Origin: Takakia lepidozioides
Taxonomy: Eukaryota; Plantae; Bryophyta
Assembly: GCA_030704615.1 (NCBI GenBank)
Contig: CM060731.1
Span: 62,000,001-62,064,000, forward strand
Length of the DNA: 64,000 nt
Reading direction: 5' to 3'
Part shown: piece by piece, positions 23,815 to 35,634 of the stretch
Position numbering within the stretch: position 1 is the first letter of the stretch
Layout of the letters: every line of letters begins with the position of its first letter
Notes under the pieces: model-generated
What the model saw: only the letters and a program-made list of their open reading frames with translations
Database searches by the model: none
Told to the model about the DNA's origin: nothing
Position numbers and translations under genes: made by a program

Positions 23815-26800
23815 TCAATCAGGTGACTCCCATACTAATTTGTTGTCACGTTGATCACTTCTAAATTCGTGGAGGGCATATTCACGTAGTGCTGTCTCAT
23901 TCACTTCACAGAACCGGTGTGCCCACCCCGATGGCTCCACAGCTTTAGTGCCCAGTCCAGCAGTCCTATCAATGTTCGCCATATTGCTCTCCTCCCCCCA
24001 ATCAGAAATGAATGTAGCTGCACGGTGAACAAATTTACTTTCGAAATCCTCCCACACCTGTGGGAAAAGGATTATGAGGAAAAGCTCACAAGAAGGAAGA
24101 GTAGAGACATGAGGATAAGATGGGAAATGGATATATGTAGCAACCAAACATTTTGCATGCTTTCTTTTTACAAGATACTTTCAAATACCTGGTACTTGTA
24201 GTGATGAACAACAACATCACCCAGTGATGCCCGTACTTCTTGATATCCCTCTTTCAGATCAAAGTAGTGAACACGGCTACAAAGTGTCTGGGCCATCGCC
24301 TCCACTCTCACTATTGATTTGACACGCTTTGGAGCTCTCATTCTGCAGACATAGTTTACCATCTGCCCAATACTGGGAAGACTGACAAATCCCGAGGGCC
24401 CAAATGTGAAGCATGGCACCTTCAACTGCCCTAGGTGATCACCAGCGGCGGTGTCATAATGGTCAAGCATAAGTTGTATGGGAGTGCTTGTCTTTGTAGA
24501 AGAGCCAGCATACTTGCCAACAGGAAGATTATAATGGGCTGTCCTGCCCTGGGTTTTCAATTCCTTTACCTGCACAGATAGCGCAGTTAGTCCATAAATT
24601 TGATGCTTTGTGTTACTTTCAAGGGTATTCACCTGGAACACCTCATTGCACTTTGACATCCAGCAATTTACAGAGCAGACCACACTATTCCCAGCACACA
24701 GAATGAATGATCTATTAAATGTCCCACACAGAGCATCCTACCCATGTTGGATGAGGTATTAATAACATTGTACTGCCGAAATTGGATATATACTGCTCTG
24801 AATGGACCTGGACAACATCAAATTTGACCTGAGGCTCCCGTGTAACAAATCTCATATGCATGTGAGGTTACATTCAATAGGACAGAAAAAGTCTTTCTTG
24901 GACCTGACCAGCTGTTGCTGACAATTGGCAGGCTACCAGACCAATGGAAGTTCTCCTGTCAACAACAATTTCAGGACAAACTGGAAGACGTGCGCCATAA
25001 GCCCACTTGATTTTGACCTATTGGAAGCACAATCAGTATACAACACACCATCTCTTGAGAAACAATTCATGGCACAAATTTCATAGACATGTGTACCTTC
25101 AGTAAGTCGCCATCCACACCATCTCCTGGATTGACCTGGTTCCTACTAATGAAACTCCTAGGGAAGATAAATTCGTCAAGATCTAAGAAAGCCATCCAGT
25201 CACACACTGGCATTGCCATCAGTGCGCAGTGAGATCCTGCGTCCTGGGTCTTCAGCCATGGCCATGCATGTCGGGTCACATTGAATCTGGATTGCAAGCT
25301 TTTGATAACCAGTTGAAGGTCGTCATCACTGTTGTTATCGTAGATGAAAAATCTCTCCACACCCAGGTGGCCGTGGAAGATCACCCACTCCTTCAAAAAC
25401 TTAGCCCCGTTCCAGACCATGGTACAGGCACAAACCCTGCTCTTCTCTCTCTCCTGGAATTGGGTTTCATTGTTTGAGTCTATCTGTCTCGAGGTTCCTC
25501 TAAGAGGGGTAGAACCCCTAACTTTTCTGTTGCTACTGGAAGCTTTAACTGAAACGTTTTTCCTGGGGTTTATGAATTGATCCGGTCTAACGGAGGGGTA
25601 GTATCTTACAACAGAAGGAAACACTGCCATTTATAATTAAGCTTATCATCTTCCCAACATAGGAGCTCCTTCCTTCATTAGGGGGCAAAGAACACCGGAA
25701 ATTTTCCTGGCAACCCACAGTCACTTTAGTGTGAACTCCATCTCCAAAAATGCATTCCATGTCCTTGGGGACCACCCCCTTTTTCGTCTCCACAATTCCC
25801 TTTGCGAAAAGGAGGACATCTCTCTCATCTTCAAATTCTACCATGTTGTAGACCACTTTCTTCCAAAATATAAGCCCATAGTAAGCTTCGGAACTTTTCA
25901 CATACAAACTTTTGGCCCCTCTACTAATCTCAATGCTCACTGGTTTCCCTTCCAAAGTTGCCTGCAAAGAATCCGCCGGATGCTCACACCGTACAGAGAC
26001 TCGGTCTATGGACACCACCTTAGTCTTCACATTACGATTATATAAACAGGCCATGTCCTCGCCAGTGTCTGTCTGAACACTGCCTGACAGTTCCCCAGCA
26101 AAAGTGGGATTTATAAGCAGGAGAACGTGTGAGGGGAAGGAAACAGCAGCATGGATGAAGGAGGTTTCACTTATTTCCTCTTGGAAACGCCCCTGATTAG
26201 CACGGATTGACCAGTCCCTCAACAGCTTCAGGCATCCTGAGCGTGCCCAGCACCCTGTGATGGAAACACAAGCAAGATTGTCAAAAAAGTGTCCACGATA
26301 TGTAAAAATGCAGGTGTATCAGATGGGTGAACATGGAGTATGTGGATCTGACAAGAAACTGTCTCGCTCCAGGAATGTTCTGATGCTTTGTTCACTTACA
26401 AAATATCTGTAGACACCATACCAGCTGCCCTTTTAGGGAGCATCGAGCATAACATTACAACCTCTGGGTGACACATTTAATAACGGGTAAAACGAGAGAG
26501 ACGACAGACACTAGCAAATCATCAGTGCTTTCTGAAATATCGCCTTGAGATGTTATGTTTATAGTTCACTACAACAGAGACTTTCAAGATCTCAAGTGCA
26601 TTGGGATTGCTGTAACCATCCATTTCTGGGTGTCAGTGCGTGCCCGTGTAAGAGAGAAACAGGCGTCCCAATTAAAAGAAGAAAAAACTTATGAAGAATT
26701 GGGATTGCTCTTGAGACACATGAGAACTTCAATTTTTTTAATTTTGACAAAAAGATTCTAAGCAAAGGGACCAAGCAATTCTACGTGCTTAAGGGTTTCC

Positions 26801-26883
26801 TCCACTCTCTTCCGCATGCATCACGGCTGATCGAGAATTGGACAGACAACCTCCGAGGATGTGGGCATTCCAGAAAAGCAACA
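23815..26883 (-). pseudogene. Glycosyltransferase family 92 gene, copy A (frameshifted, 5' exon partly deleted)
   Basis: Motifs VCACTMVWNGAKFLKEWVIFHGHLGVERFFIYDNNSDD, CDWMAFLDLDEF, CFTFGPSG..KSIVR..HHYKYQ|VWEDFESKFVHRAATFISDW..GLGTKAVEP..FCEV. A 2-bp deletion at ~25627 shifts the frame, and the start/TM segment is deleted at ~26883. Confidence 0.88.
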
Positions 26884-27244
26884 TCACCTAATCTGACCGC
26901 ACATCACCTAATTGAAGCTCTGATACCCACCTCCCTCTACGGATCACTCTTCACAGAGTCCCAATTGCCAAGCTAACAAACTCTGGACCCATCTCCCGCA
27001 ACGGATCTGTCTTCAAAAACCATCTCTCGGACGCCAGACATCTTGGAACCAACATACGAAGGCACCTGCAGCTGACCATCAATTCAGTGCTCGTCATCTG
27101 CCGGCTAGCCAGTGCCCATTTCGGTCACCTCTTGCTAGACAATCCGAAGCAAAAGAATTATTGTGGGCCAACTGCTCAGATCGCGCACTGCTTCCGGTCC
27201 CAGCAATCACTCATCGTCACCTGCTCCAAGACTCGGCTGCACTG

Positions 27245-27630
27245 TTAACGTCTCTCTGACCAACGAGAACGACGTTTCTCGACGGACGAAATCAGCTTCA
27301 GTGCCTAGTACGACGAACGAAACCTCGAACGAGATGTAGCCAAAGTTCGTTCCTGCAAAACTAACAGTGTGCGTAGTCGAACCTGGGACGCCCTGGCCCA
27401 TCCCTTGGAAACTAATTTAAAAATACATCGATTAAAGGAGGCTGGTGGATAAATGACCATGAACGATTGTGACGGCTTTTAAGTTATCCCATAATTTTTG
27501 CCCATAAAATTCTAGTCCCACCCCTGACGAGTCGCGCGTGCGAAATAATAGATGGATATCGTGGATGATACAATAGATGGTGGGGCCACTCTCTCGGACG
27601 TTGGATGATATTTAAGGCTTCTGGATGAAA
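27245..27630 (-). repeat. Shared 5' module 'epsilon' (copy 1); also at 33047-33375, 42650-43040, 61550-61815
   Basis: acgagaacgacgtttctcgacggacgaaatca...aaacctcgaacgagatgtagcc...cccatcccttggaa...ttttgcccata recurs four times, always upstream of a minus-strand gene. Confidence 0.85.
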
Positions 27631-27889
27631 GATAGCTTTAGCCAGGGTTTTGTGGTATCCCCGTTGTAGTTCCTTCATGGCCCCCACAAGATTATTTTTT
27701 CCTCGTTTTTCTTAATTTGAGTAACTGGGCCTTTGTTCCTTTACTTTAAGGAAAAGAAAAAAGGATTAGGGTTCACAATTCAGAGTCCATTGAGTTTCTG
27801 TAAACAACTTACTCATGAATATGTGTTATTCCACGAATGCTGGCGATAGCTCACATTAAGCAAATCGCTCTTTCTCCGTCACTGGATGT

Positions 27890-30800
27890 TCAAGAAACTT
27901 TATATATATCCACCTCCAAAACGCCAAGGTTTGTGCACTCCACTGACTTCTCAAGTTCACCGATGCGCTCGGGTAGCTCATGAAGCCCTTCACAAAAACG
28001 AAGGTCGAACTTTTGCAGTAGTGGGAGGCAGCAGATCGACTCGGGCAGTTTCCTTAGCCCAACACAGCCATACAAGTTGAGCACTTGCAGTCTCTCAAGT
28101 TCCCCGATATGCTCGGGCAGCTCTAGAAGCCCCCCACAACCATGGAGGTCGAGCTCTTGGAGTAGTGGGAGGCAGCAGATCCACCTCGCAAATTCCCAGG
28201 TGTGGGCAAATCCCAAGGCTCTGACACCGTAAGTTCACCGAAGTACTCGCGTATCTCAACAAGCCCGTGACAAAAAAGACGACAGTCGAGCTTTTGCAGT
28301 AGTGGGAGGCAGCAGATCGACTCGGGCAGTTTCCATAGCCGAAGACAGCCATGCAAGCTGAGCACTTGCAGTCTCTTAAGTTCCCCGATATGCTCGGGCA
28401 GCTCTGTAAGCCCCCAACAGCTAGAGAGGTCGAGCTCTTGTAGTAGTGTTAGGCGGCAGATCGTTTGCGGTAGTTTCTTTAGAGCTTTACAATCACGAAG
28501 GTGTAGCTCCAGCAAAGATGTGAGATCCCCAATGCATTCTGGTAGTCTGCACATCTTCTTATTACCACTCAAGTCAAGCACACGTAGCATCCTGAGATGT
28601 CCAAAGGATTTTGGCAGATCGGTTAATTCTGATCCACGTAGAAAGAGCAGTCTCAGTTGACTGGATTGTTCCCCGAGAAAATACTCCACATTTTGCAGAC
28701 TGCACTGGTCCAAATTGAGCAAACGAAGTCTGGGCATCATTGTACCCTCTGTCGTCGCAAGATTTATTGCCGAGCCTGCCAATGAGAGGCCTTGTACAGT
28801 GAAACCCACCTGCACAAAATTGGAACAAAGGCATGAAATGCGGTGCTTTATTATAAATAGGTCACATACATGATTGATTCACATGCGAGATCCACACATT
28901 GATATGCTACATCTGCTCAGTCATGTCCCGCCAGTACCAAAGTAATTTACGTCAAATTAACAAATCTGGCTGTACATAACTAAATTCCTGCTGGCCAACA
29001 GCACCACATTAGAACTGAGTGATCCATCACCTGTTTAGCTTGAAGGGCCATTTCCGCTGTCTCCACCTCCCATAATCGGTCACCAAAAGGTAGGGAATTC
29101 TTTCTTGCAATGTCCCGACCCATGTCCCGCAACTGATCATGCATGGTCAGCACCTTCTTGTCGTTATCTATTTTCACAAGCGATCTATTCTGGAGGTTTT
29201 TCAATCCAATCTTTGGTGACCAGGAACTCCATATCCGTAGCGCTGTTTCAAAAGGCATACCTTCTGAAAACTGGTTCCATCGTCCCCAATCATGGTTCCA
29301 TGATTTCCTATCATCGCCCAAAAAGGGACCATTGCAGAAGAAGCAAGCAATGTCCAAAAACATGTCTCGCTCCACCTGCCCTAAGGAATCGTAACTAATT
29401 TGCAACCGCTTCCACAACTTCTCATCCTCATTATCCCCCTGCAAAGGCTGTGCCTTTCCCAGCCTCTCTAGTGCCTCTTCCCATTCCTCCAAATCATCAC
29501 AAGTGCGAAGAAAAGCCCCCATGACCTCTAGGCTCAATGGAAGCCCCCCACAAGCACCCACAACCGCCTTTGACATCACTTCAAACTTTAGTTTTCGCTC
29601 TCCTCCGTCCACACAAGCATGCATGCCAAAAAGATCCAGGGCTTGCTCTGGGCTGAGTTCCTCCACATCATACTTTCCATCAACCCCCACATACTTCTCT
29701 AGAATTCCCCAGTTTCGGCCTGTCACAATTACCTTACTCCCAGTTTTCAACTGCTTGCTTAGACCCAAAGCAACCATTTGGGCCTCAGTGCCAACATCGT
29801 CCAAAACCAAGAGCACTTTTTTATCCATTAAACACTTCTCTATAAGCATCCGAACTCGCTCCACATTTTGAATGTTACTGTCATCCATGCAACCTATGTC
29901 CCGCAATAGCTGTCTCTGCATCTCCAGAACGCCACTTGATCTGATGTCTGGCAGGAAGCTGTATGCATCAAAATCCATGCGAGCGAGATCGCGGTAGACT
30001 GTCTTTGCCAGCGTTGTCTTGCCGATACCGCCCATCCCAACTACACCGATTACAGGAACCCCTTCGAGTCGGCGCTTCACTATGTCAACACGTTCTGAGA
30101 GCCCAACCAGATGTGTCGGGAGTTCAGGAATCCAGCTCTGACTCAAGAAGTTTATCTGCGCAAAGACACAGGCATGTGAAAAACAGAAATTCACTAATCG
30201 TTAATTTTTCTAGCCCAACATCTTTTGACGTGGGGCCACATATGACACTACTCTCCAACATGCTTGGAAGCAGTAAAATATGCGGTTCAGCAAAGAAGGA
30301 GGGGGGATTGCTCACTTCCTGGCCTTGGATTAGCTGAAGGAGTTCAAGAAGCTTTTGGTAGCTCACATGCGTCTGGCTGGTTGGCCTACAAACTTCCATA
30401 TGGTCTGCATCTTCAATTTGGTAGTGGTTGTTGCGTGAGTGTCTTGTTGCGGACGCATGCTCCACCAAAATATCCTGCCAAAATCCAAGCCCCTTGTACC
30501 TGGAATTAGCACTTGAGTCTTCTAGTTTCTCGGTTGCCAACACAACATCACCCTTGGCATGGCAATTCCCCATTGAACAGTCACTCACGTAGCATTCAGG
30601 ACACAGCGATCGAACAGCACAAATGCTGAACTGTAGCTCAATGCAGTACCTTCCATGCTCTCTGCTCTCGGAGTGTAGGATCTGATATGTTTATATACAT
30701 ATACCTACTCACCACGCCAATTATTGTGGAGTCACTCAGTTTCAGTACCTTGTCAATCATTCAGGCACTGTCCTAACTTCCCCCACTATCCAACAAATTG

Positions 30801-32294
30801 GGTAATTTTACCTTGCCAGTGGGCTTGCCCTCTGTGAAAGCGTAGACATTGAGGGAGCTGCCCACAACTTCTTCATATTCTATTGAGAGCTCCTCCATTT
30901 TTCGCTGGAAGGGTTGCATATTTCTCATTATCCCACTCAGCTGTGGTTTCCGAAAAATATTGCAGCATTTCCTGATATATGTCTCCATACTTGCACTTCC
31001 TGCATGCGGAACTGCATAAAATACAATACCCTGCAGATTTCTGAGAAAGATCTCAGCTGAGTGACAGGCTTTTCTGTCTAAAGCATTTTTTGCGTGGTGA
31101 GAGTTTCTTCTGTGGGCCTCCACAATCAAACTCTTGATCACAAGACCCCCAAAGTTATGGCCAACCAGAACCATCGGGTTGCGTTTGCCATCATTCCATG
31201 CTCTGCTGCAAAATTGCAAACTGTGAGATTGTGCTGACCACAACTGCATAACATGGGACACCCGACGGTATGCATATGACAATATATCATGCAGTCCTTC
31301 TTATGACAGAGGATCCCCATAGATTTCCATCTCTGGAGCTGATTGCAAAACACAAGAAAGTCTATGTGCATTTTATGGAACTAGAGATGCTCCACATCAA
31401 GCTAAAAACTTTATTTCGAGCCCCCAAATTATTAAGTTATCTTTGTTTTTAACAAACACAAAGCCTGATATGTTTACTCTGATTAGAAGCTGGGCGCCGA
31501 CCAGCTGGTGATCAACGATGGCTGATGCTTTCTACATGCACACCCCACAGCTTCAATGACAGAAGCTGGCTATTGAGAAATGAAATGAAATGGTGCTTTA
31601 TAACGTCGGCGGAAAGCTCATAGAGCTTATGGGACAAAATGGAAGAAAACATGAGAGAGGAAACAAAACCAGAACCCAAGAATAAGAACTAATGTTCTCG
31701 CGCTTGTCTAAGGGTGAAGGCCTCGTGCAGGTAGGCTGCCAAGCATTTTTGATCCTCATAGTGGAAGACTTCAGTGAGAGATTGGGTTCCACTGAATAAA
31801 CAGTGGAATCTCCCACGGATCTCGTAGTATAGAGGGCAGTAGAAGAAGTGTTCTTCAGTTTCAATTTCCTGGCTGCGCACTATGCAAGCTGGACATGGGC
31901 GGTCCTCCCGATGCAGGTTTTCCCATCTGCCAGTCTCTATCCGTAGGTGGTGGGAACCCAATTGAGAGAAAGAGGTAGACTACCTGTTCACAAAACTCTC
32001 TAGAAGGCTCTTGCCAATGTGGCTCACATCTTCGTTGTTGCCTCCCTCCGGTCCCATGTGTGCTGCTGCATCATATGAGAGAGAAAACACTCGCACTTTT
32101 CTATCCAGATCTTCGGGAAGCCACTTTGCAGGCCAGCAAACAGTCTGGTCACCGCGTTGGACCCAAGTGTCTTTCCAAGCTTCCACTCCCAAGGTGCCGA
32201 ATTGCAGGCCATGAAAGAACACAACATCCAGACTTGTCTCGTAAGCCTCAACGTCGGGCGGCCATAACTGATGAATCTGTGGTGTGCATTCCAT
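27890..32294 (-). CDS. Alpha/beta-hydrolase-NB-ARC-LRR immune receptor (HNL); exons ~32294-31984, ~31202-30812, 30474-30316, 30155-29031, 28809-28123; distal LRRs frameshifted (possibly a recent pseudogene)
   Basis: SERAC1/SesB-like hydrolase: DVVFFHGL, CWPAKWLPEDL..VRVFSLSYDA, VLVGHNFGGLVIK, IVFYAVPHAGS, DADHMEVCRP. NB-ARC: GMGGIGKTT, LLVLDDV, GSKVIVTGR, CGGLPLSL, FLDIACFF, MHDQLRDMGR. LRRs follow an LxxLxLxxCxxLxxLPxxIG pattern. Splice phases are consistent. A frameshift near 28200-28280 leaves further LRRs (to 27890) out of frame. Confidence 0.9.
31575..31965 (-). mobile_element. 5'-truncated LINE 3' end (RTE-X/L2-like C-terminal Cys/His domain) with (CATTT)n tail, in HNL intron
   Basis: GSHHLRIETGRWENLHREDRPCPAC..ETEEHFFYCPLYYEIR..*, then a short 3' UTR ending gacgttataaagcac-catttcatttcatttc on the minus strand. 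Confidence 0.8.
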
Positions 32295-33046
32295 GAAAGG
32301 TGAAGACAAAATTTACCCAACTTCAACTATTCAACCCACAACAAGACCTCAGCACGGACGTCACGTATCTATACGTCAACGGGATCCATGCACTGCTATC
32401 GCATTCGCTTTTGAGCACCTCCAGATATAAGGACATCATGTCTCCCTGGACAGAAGGTGGAAACCTCCTTTGGCACAGGGGATGCTGAAAGTCGGTGTGG
32501 TGAGACGGGTCCTGGCATTGTAGAGAGGGGGCTTGCAGTCCTTTTTTTGGCAACTAACAAGCAGAACAGCTGCAATGGTGTCGGCAAATTTGTCTCTAAG
32601 AAACTCTCCAAGATCATACTTTTCAGTGCCGTACTCACGTCCTTCTCGAACAGCATTTGCGAGATGGGGCGGTGAGTTCAATATCAACAGTAACGTGCAA
32701 GTTGACAAGGCTCTGCTTTCTTCCATGATGTTGCAAGCACGGATCTATGTGTATTACTTCCAACCGTACAGGTTAGAATCAACATACAAAAGTGTAAATG
32801 TAGCTACTATTCACCACTAAACTTGCCGGTGCTCACCATTTGTGGGAGATGCTCTGCACACTGCTCGTGTCTTCAGTCCAGAGCTGCTACTGCCTCGGAG
32901 CTCGCTTGTGGGAATCCCGCACGAAAACCTGTAGTGACATGCAGTTCTCCGTCCTCGTTTAGTGTGGCTTCCATAGTCTGCGCATAGAGAGCGGCAGCTG
33001 CAGCGTGAGGACCGCCTATGCCTTGCTTGCGCCGCACACAACAGCA

Positions 33047-33375
33047 GTCACGCTCTGACGAACGAGAACGACGTTTCTCGACGGACGAAATCAACTTCAG
33101 TGCATAATACGACGGCCGAAACCTCGAACGAGATGTAGCCGGCTGCAAAATTAACAGTGTGCGTAGTCGAGCCTGTGATGCCCTGGGCCATCCCTTGGAA
33201 GGTAATTAAAAAATAAATTGATAAAATGAGGCTGTTGGTCGGATAAATGTCGGATCGCGGCGGCTTTTATCCGATAACTTTTGCCCATAGACCTGACTCG
33301 CGCGTGCGAGATAGTGAATGAATATCGTGGATGATACGATAGGTGCTGGGGCCGCTCTTCTAGACGAAAGAAAGG
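33047..33375 (-). repeat. Shared 5' module 'epsilon' (copy 2), upstream of the HNL
   Basis: Diverged but clearly alignable to 27245-27630. Confidence 0.8.
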
Positions 33376-33400
33376 CTTATCCAGGGGCAAAGTAAATTTA

Positions 33401-33472
33401 TTTACAGCAAAGAAACTTGCTGTGTAAATTCACTGGACGTTAAAGAACCTTTATCTTTATCTTTTACAGCAA
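33401..33472 (+). mobile_element. ~52-bp retro-insertion with (TTTATC)n tail and 10-bp TSD TTTACAGCAA
   Basis: tttacagcaa-[...ttcactggacgttaaagaacctttatctttatct]-tttacagcaa. The same 3' end occurs inverted at ~55255-55298. Confidence 0.7.
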
Positions 33473-33599
33473 TAGTATTAGTTACTTTTAACGTGACTCT
33501 CTCTCTCTCTCTCGCTACGGTTTACGTTTGTGGCTACAGTTCTCGTCTCGTGGTCGCTCGTACTCTGTGTGTGTGGATTGCGTGAGCTCGCACTTGGCC

Positions 33600-34900
33600 A
33601 TGAGGACCTGCCTGTCCTACCAGGGGCTGGCAGGAGCGAAAGGAAGTCTGGCTCCCATCGCTGAGCCTGGGGTAGGTCGTCTATCGGTGTCTAAGGGGGG
33701 CTTGGAGGCGCAGTGGAGCACAGAGAAGCGTTGCTCTGCAGTGGTGTACTGGCCCCTCCAGCTCAGTGCTGTAAGGATTGCTTCAAGAGGAGGTTTCTTC
33801 AGCTCTGCATCCCCTTCCTTGCAGCAACGTCGCTGCCTTGGGCTTGGTGTTGTGAGCAGGCTCTCGTCTTCGCAAGGGCCTAGTTGGATTCACTCGCGGG
33901 GTTTAAGGTTTTTTCAATCCCAGGTACGTCTTGAGGGTGCCAGATTCAGCAATTTTCATTAACCATTGTTTTGGAATTGAGAGGAACACAATTTTTTTAC
34001 TCTCAATTTCTATCAAGTATTTGGAATACTTACAGCGAGTGTTTCGCCTAATTGGTTTCATCTTCATGTTTTATTTTTCCTTCGACATTCCCAATTTCTA
34101 TTGTGGCATTTGAAAGTTCTCTTCATGTATTTCTTCTCGAATTCATCACATCGATTCTGGTTGCAAGTGTACTTAACAGCATGTTGAACTGACCATCAAA
34201 GGTATCATCAATGGTATACTGGTATTAAAGGAGCAAATTTTATGCAATGTTTTTTCAGCTGAGTATATCCTATTCTGGCGGTAATGGTGTTCTACTCAGT
34301 GAGGTCTATCACGGTTGAAAACATGTCTTTAACTGGCTTCAATTTATCTCCACGCTGGACCTGATAACTTTTCTGCGTATTTTTTCCTGCATACGTCTAT
34401 GTGCTGTTGACAAATAGTTGAAAATCAATGATGGTAGAATTGTGCCACATAAAATATTTAATCAGAAAGTGATTATGATCTGCTGATTTCTTCACCACAA
34501 CTGGGATGATGTCTGTTTGCACTGCTGGAGCTGTTGTGCATTCTTTGAAATCTTATCCAGGAAATGTCTGCTTGAACGAGAATGTGTTTTTTGTTTCAAG
34601 CTATAAGGATTTGAGTCTTTTCTGGATGGAACCGTAAGGTTGTGCTCTGTATAGCTCCATTGTCATTTCCAATAACAGTAAGCTTTTTGGCAGGTTGGAC
34701 TCCTAGTGAATGCTGCAGGTAGTATCAGACCATGCCGCTGCCACGGTGGGCTCCCTGTTGCTAGCATCTCAAGTGCAATTCCAGCGGGTGCTGGAGGCGA
34801 TGGTCATGGATTTGGAGGACAGGGAGGTGGGGGGGGTGGGGGAGGTGGAGGGGAAGGGTTTAGCCAGTCAGGAGTCATACATGACTCGACATGGCATTGA
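33600..34900 (+). pseudogene. 5' part of a plastid-targeted protein gene (transit peptide + polyglycine), truncated; exons 33600-33923 and 34694-~34900
   Basis: Ser/Arg-rich N-terminus ending FFQSQ followed by GT. An AG-bounded exon 2 encodes GAGGDGHGFGGQGGGGGGGGGGEG and stops shortly after, where antisense LINE-like sequence begins. Confidence 0.5.
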
Positions 34901-35634
34901 GGAGTTCTCCCCCCTCTGCAAACGGGATTTTCGGATCGTGGATGGATCTGTAAAGGACTCACTCTTGGTATGTCCCTCTCATTTGTATGTGCAGATGCGT
35001 TAAGAGTTTCTGAGGATGGTTGCAGAAAGATTGAGACTCATGCCCATGGCAGAAAATTCATAACACAAGCAGCTGCAAAGCCTGCTCCCCTGGGTTTCAT
35101 ACACATGTTATACTTAGTCGCTCCAAGATTCTGGTTGATCGATTCCTTCAGAGACAACAGATACGCATGGTGTTCCTCCTGTTACTTTGTCAAGGTGGTG
35201 GCCACCCGCGATTCCATTGCAGAAAGTTCTCCACAAATATCCTTTCTTATCGATATGGCATGAGCAGCTAGTTTTTTGTCTATTTCAGACATCATAGCTT
35301 CGTGACCACGAGAAGATCCCGAATCTGGTTTGATTTCAATTGAGTTCACCGTGTCGGCTAGCGCCTGGTTGATGTTCGCCACCCGGAGCCTGTCGAGAAT
35401 TTCCTTTGCCGGTGGTACAACTCTGTTCAGACTGTTGTTATGTGGCTCGAAGTTGATGTAGCGGTCGATGACCAACACATGCGGTTTGTTGACCCAATGT
35501 GTATAGACACTGGGGTTTTTGCACGTAATCAAGATTATGCCAGTGTGCTTAATCTTCTCTTCAGGAACAACCGAACAAAAATAGATTTGCGTGATGTTGT
35601 CTTTTCCAAAGATAGAATGCAGGGCGTCCTCCAT
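34870..35634 (-). mobile_element. LINE ORF1-like fragment
   Basis: ORF 35182-35634 (IFGKDNITQIYF..HTGIILITCKNPSVYTHWVNK..INFEPH) has an RRM-like plus coiled-coil character typical of ORF1p. It probably belongs to the same family as 62570-63750. Confidence 0.45.

Larger units (their letters stand above)
22758..27630. repeat. Segmental duplication copy A (alpha + GT92 + upstream modules); paralogous to 38892-43040 and 56615-61815
   Basis: Long stretches are nearly identical among the three copies, e.g. identical 211-aa ORFs at 25587-26222 and 59406-60041. Confidence 0.95.

Noticed and set aside
26915-26930. PBS-like GGTATCAGAGC on the minus strand (also at ~42361 and ~61257)
   Set aside because: No adjacent LTR end (CA), second LTR or TSD could be found, so it is not enough to call an element.
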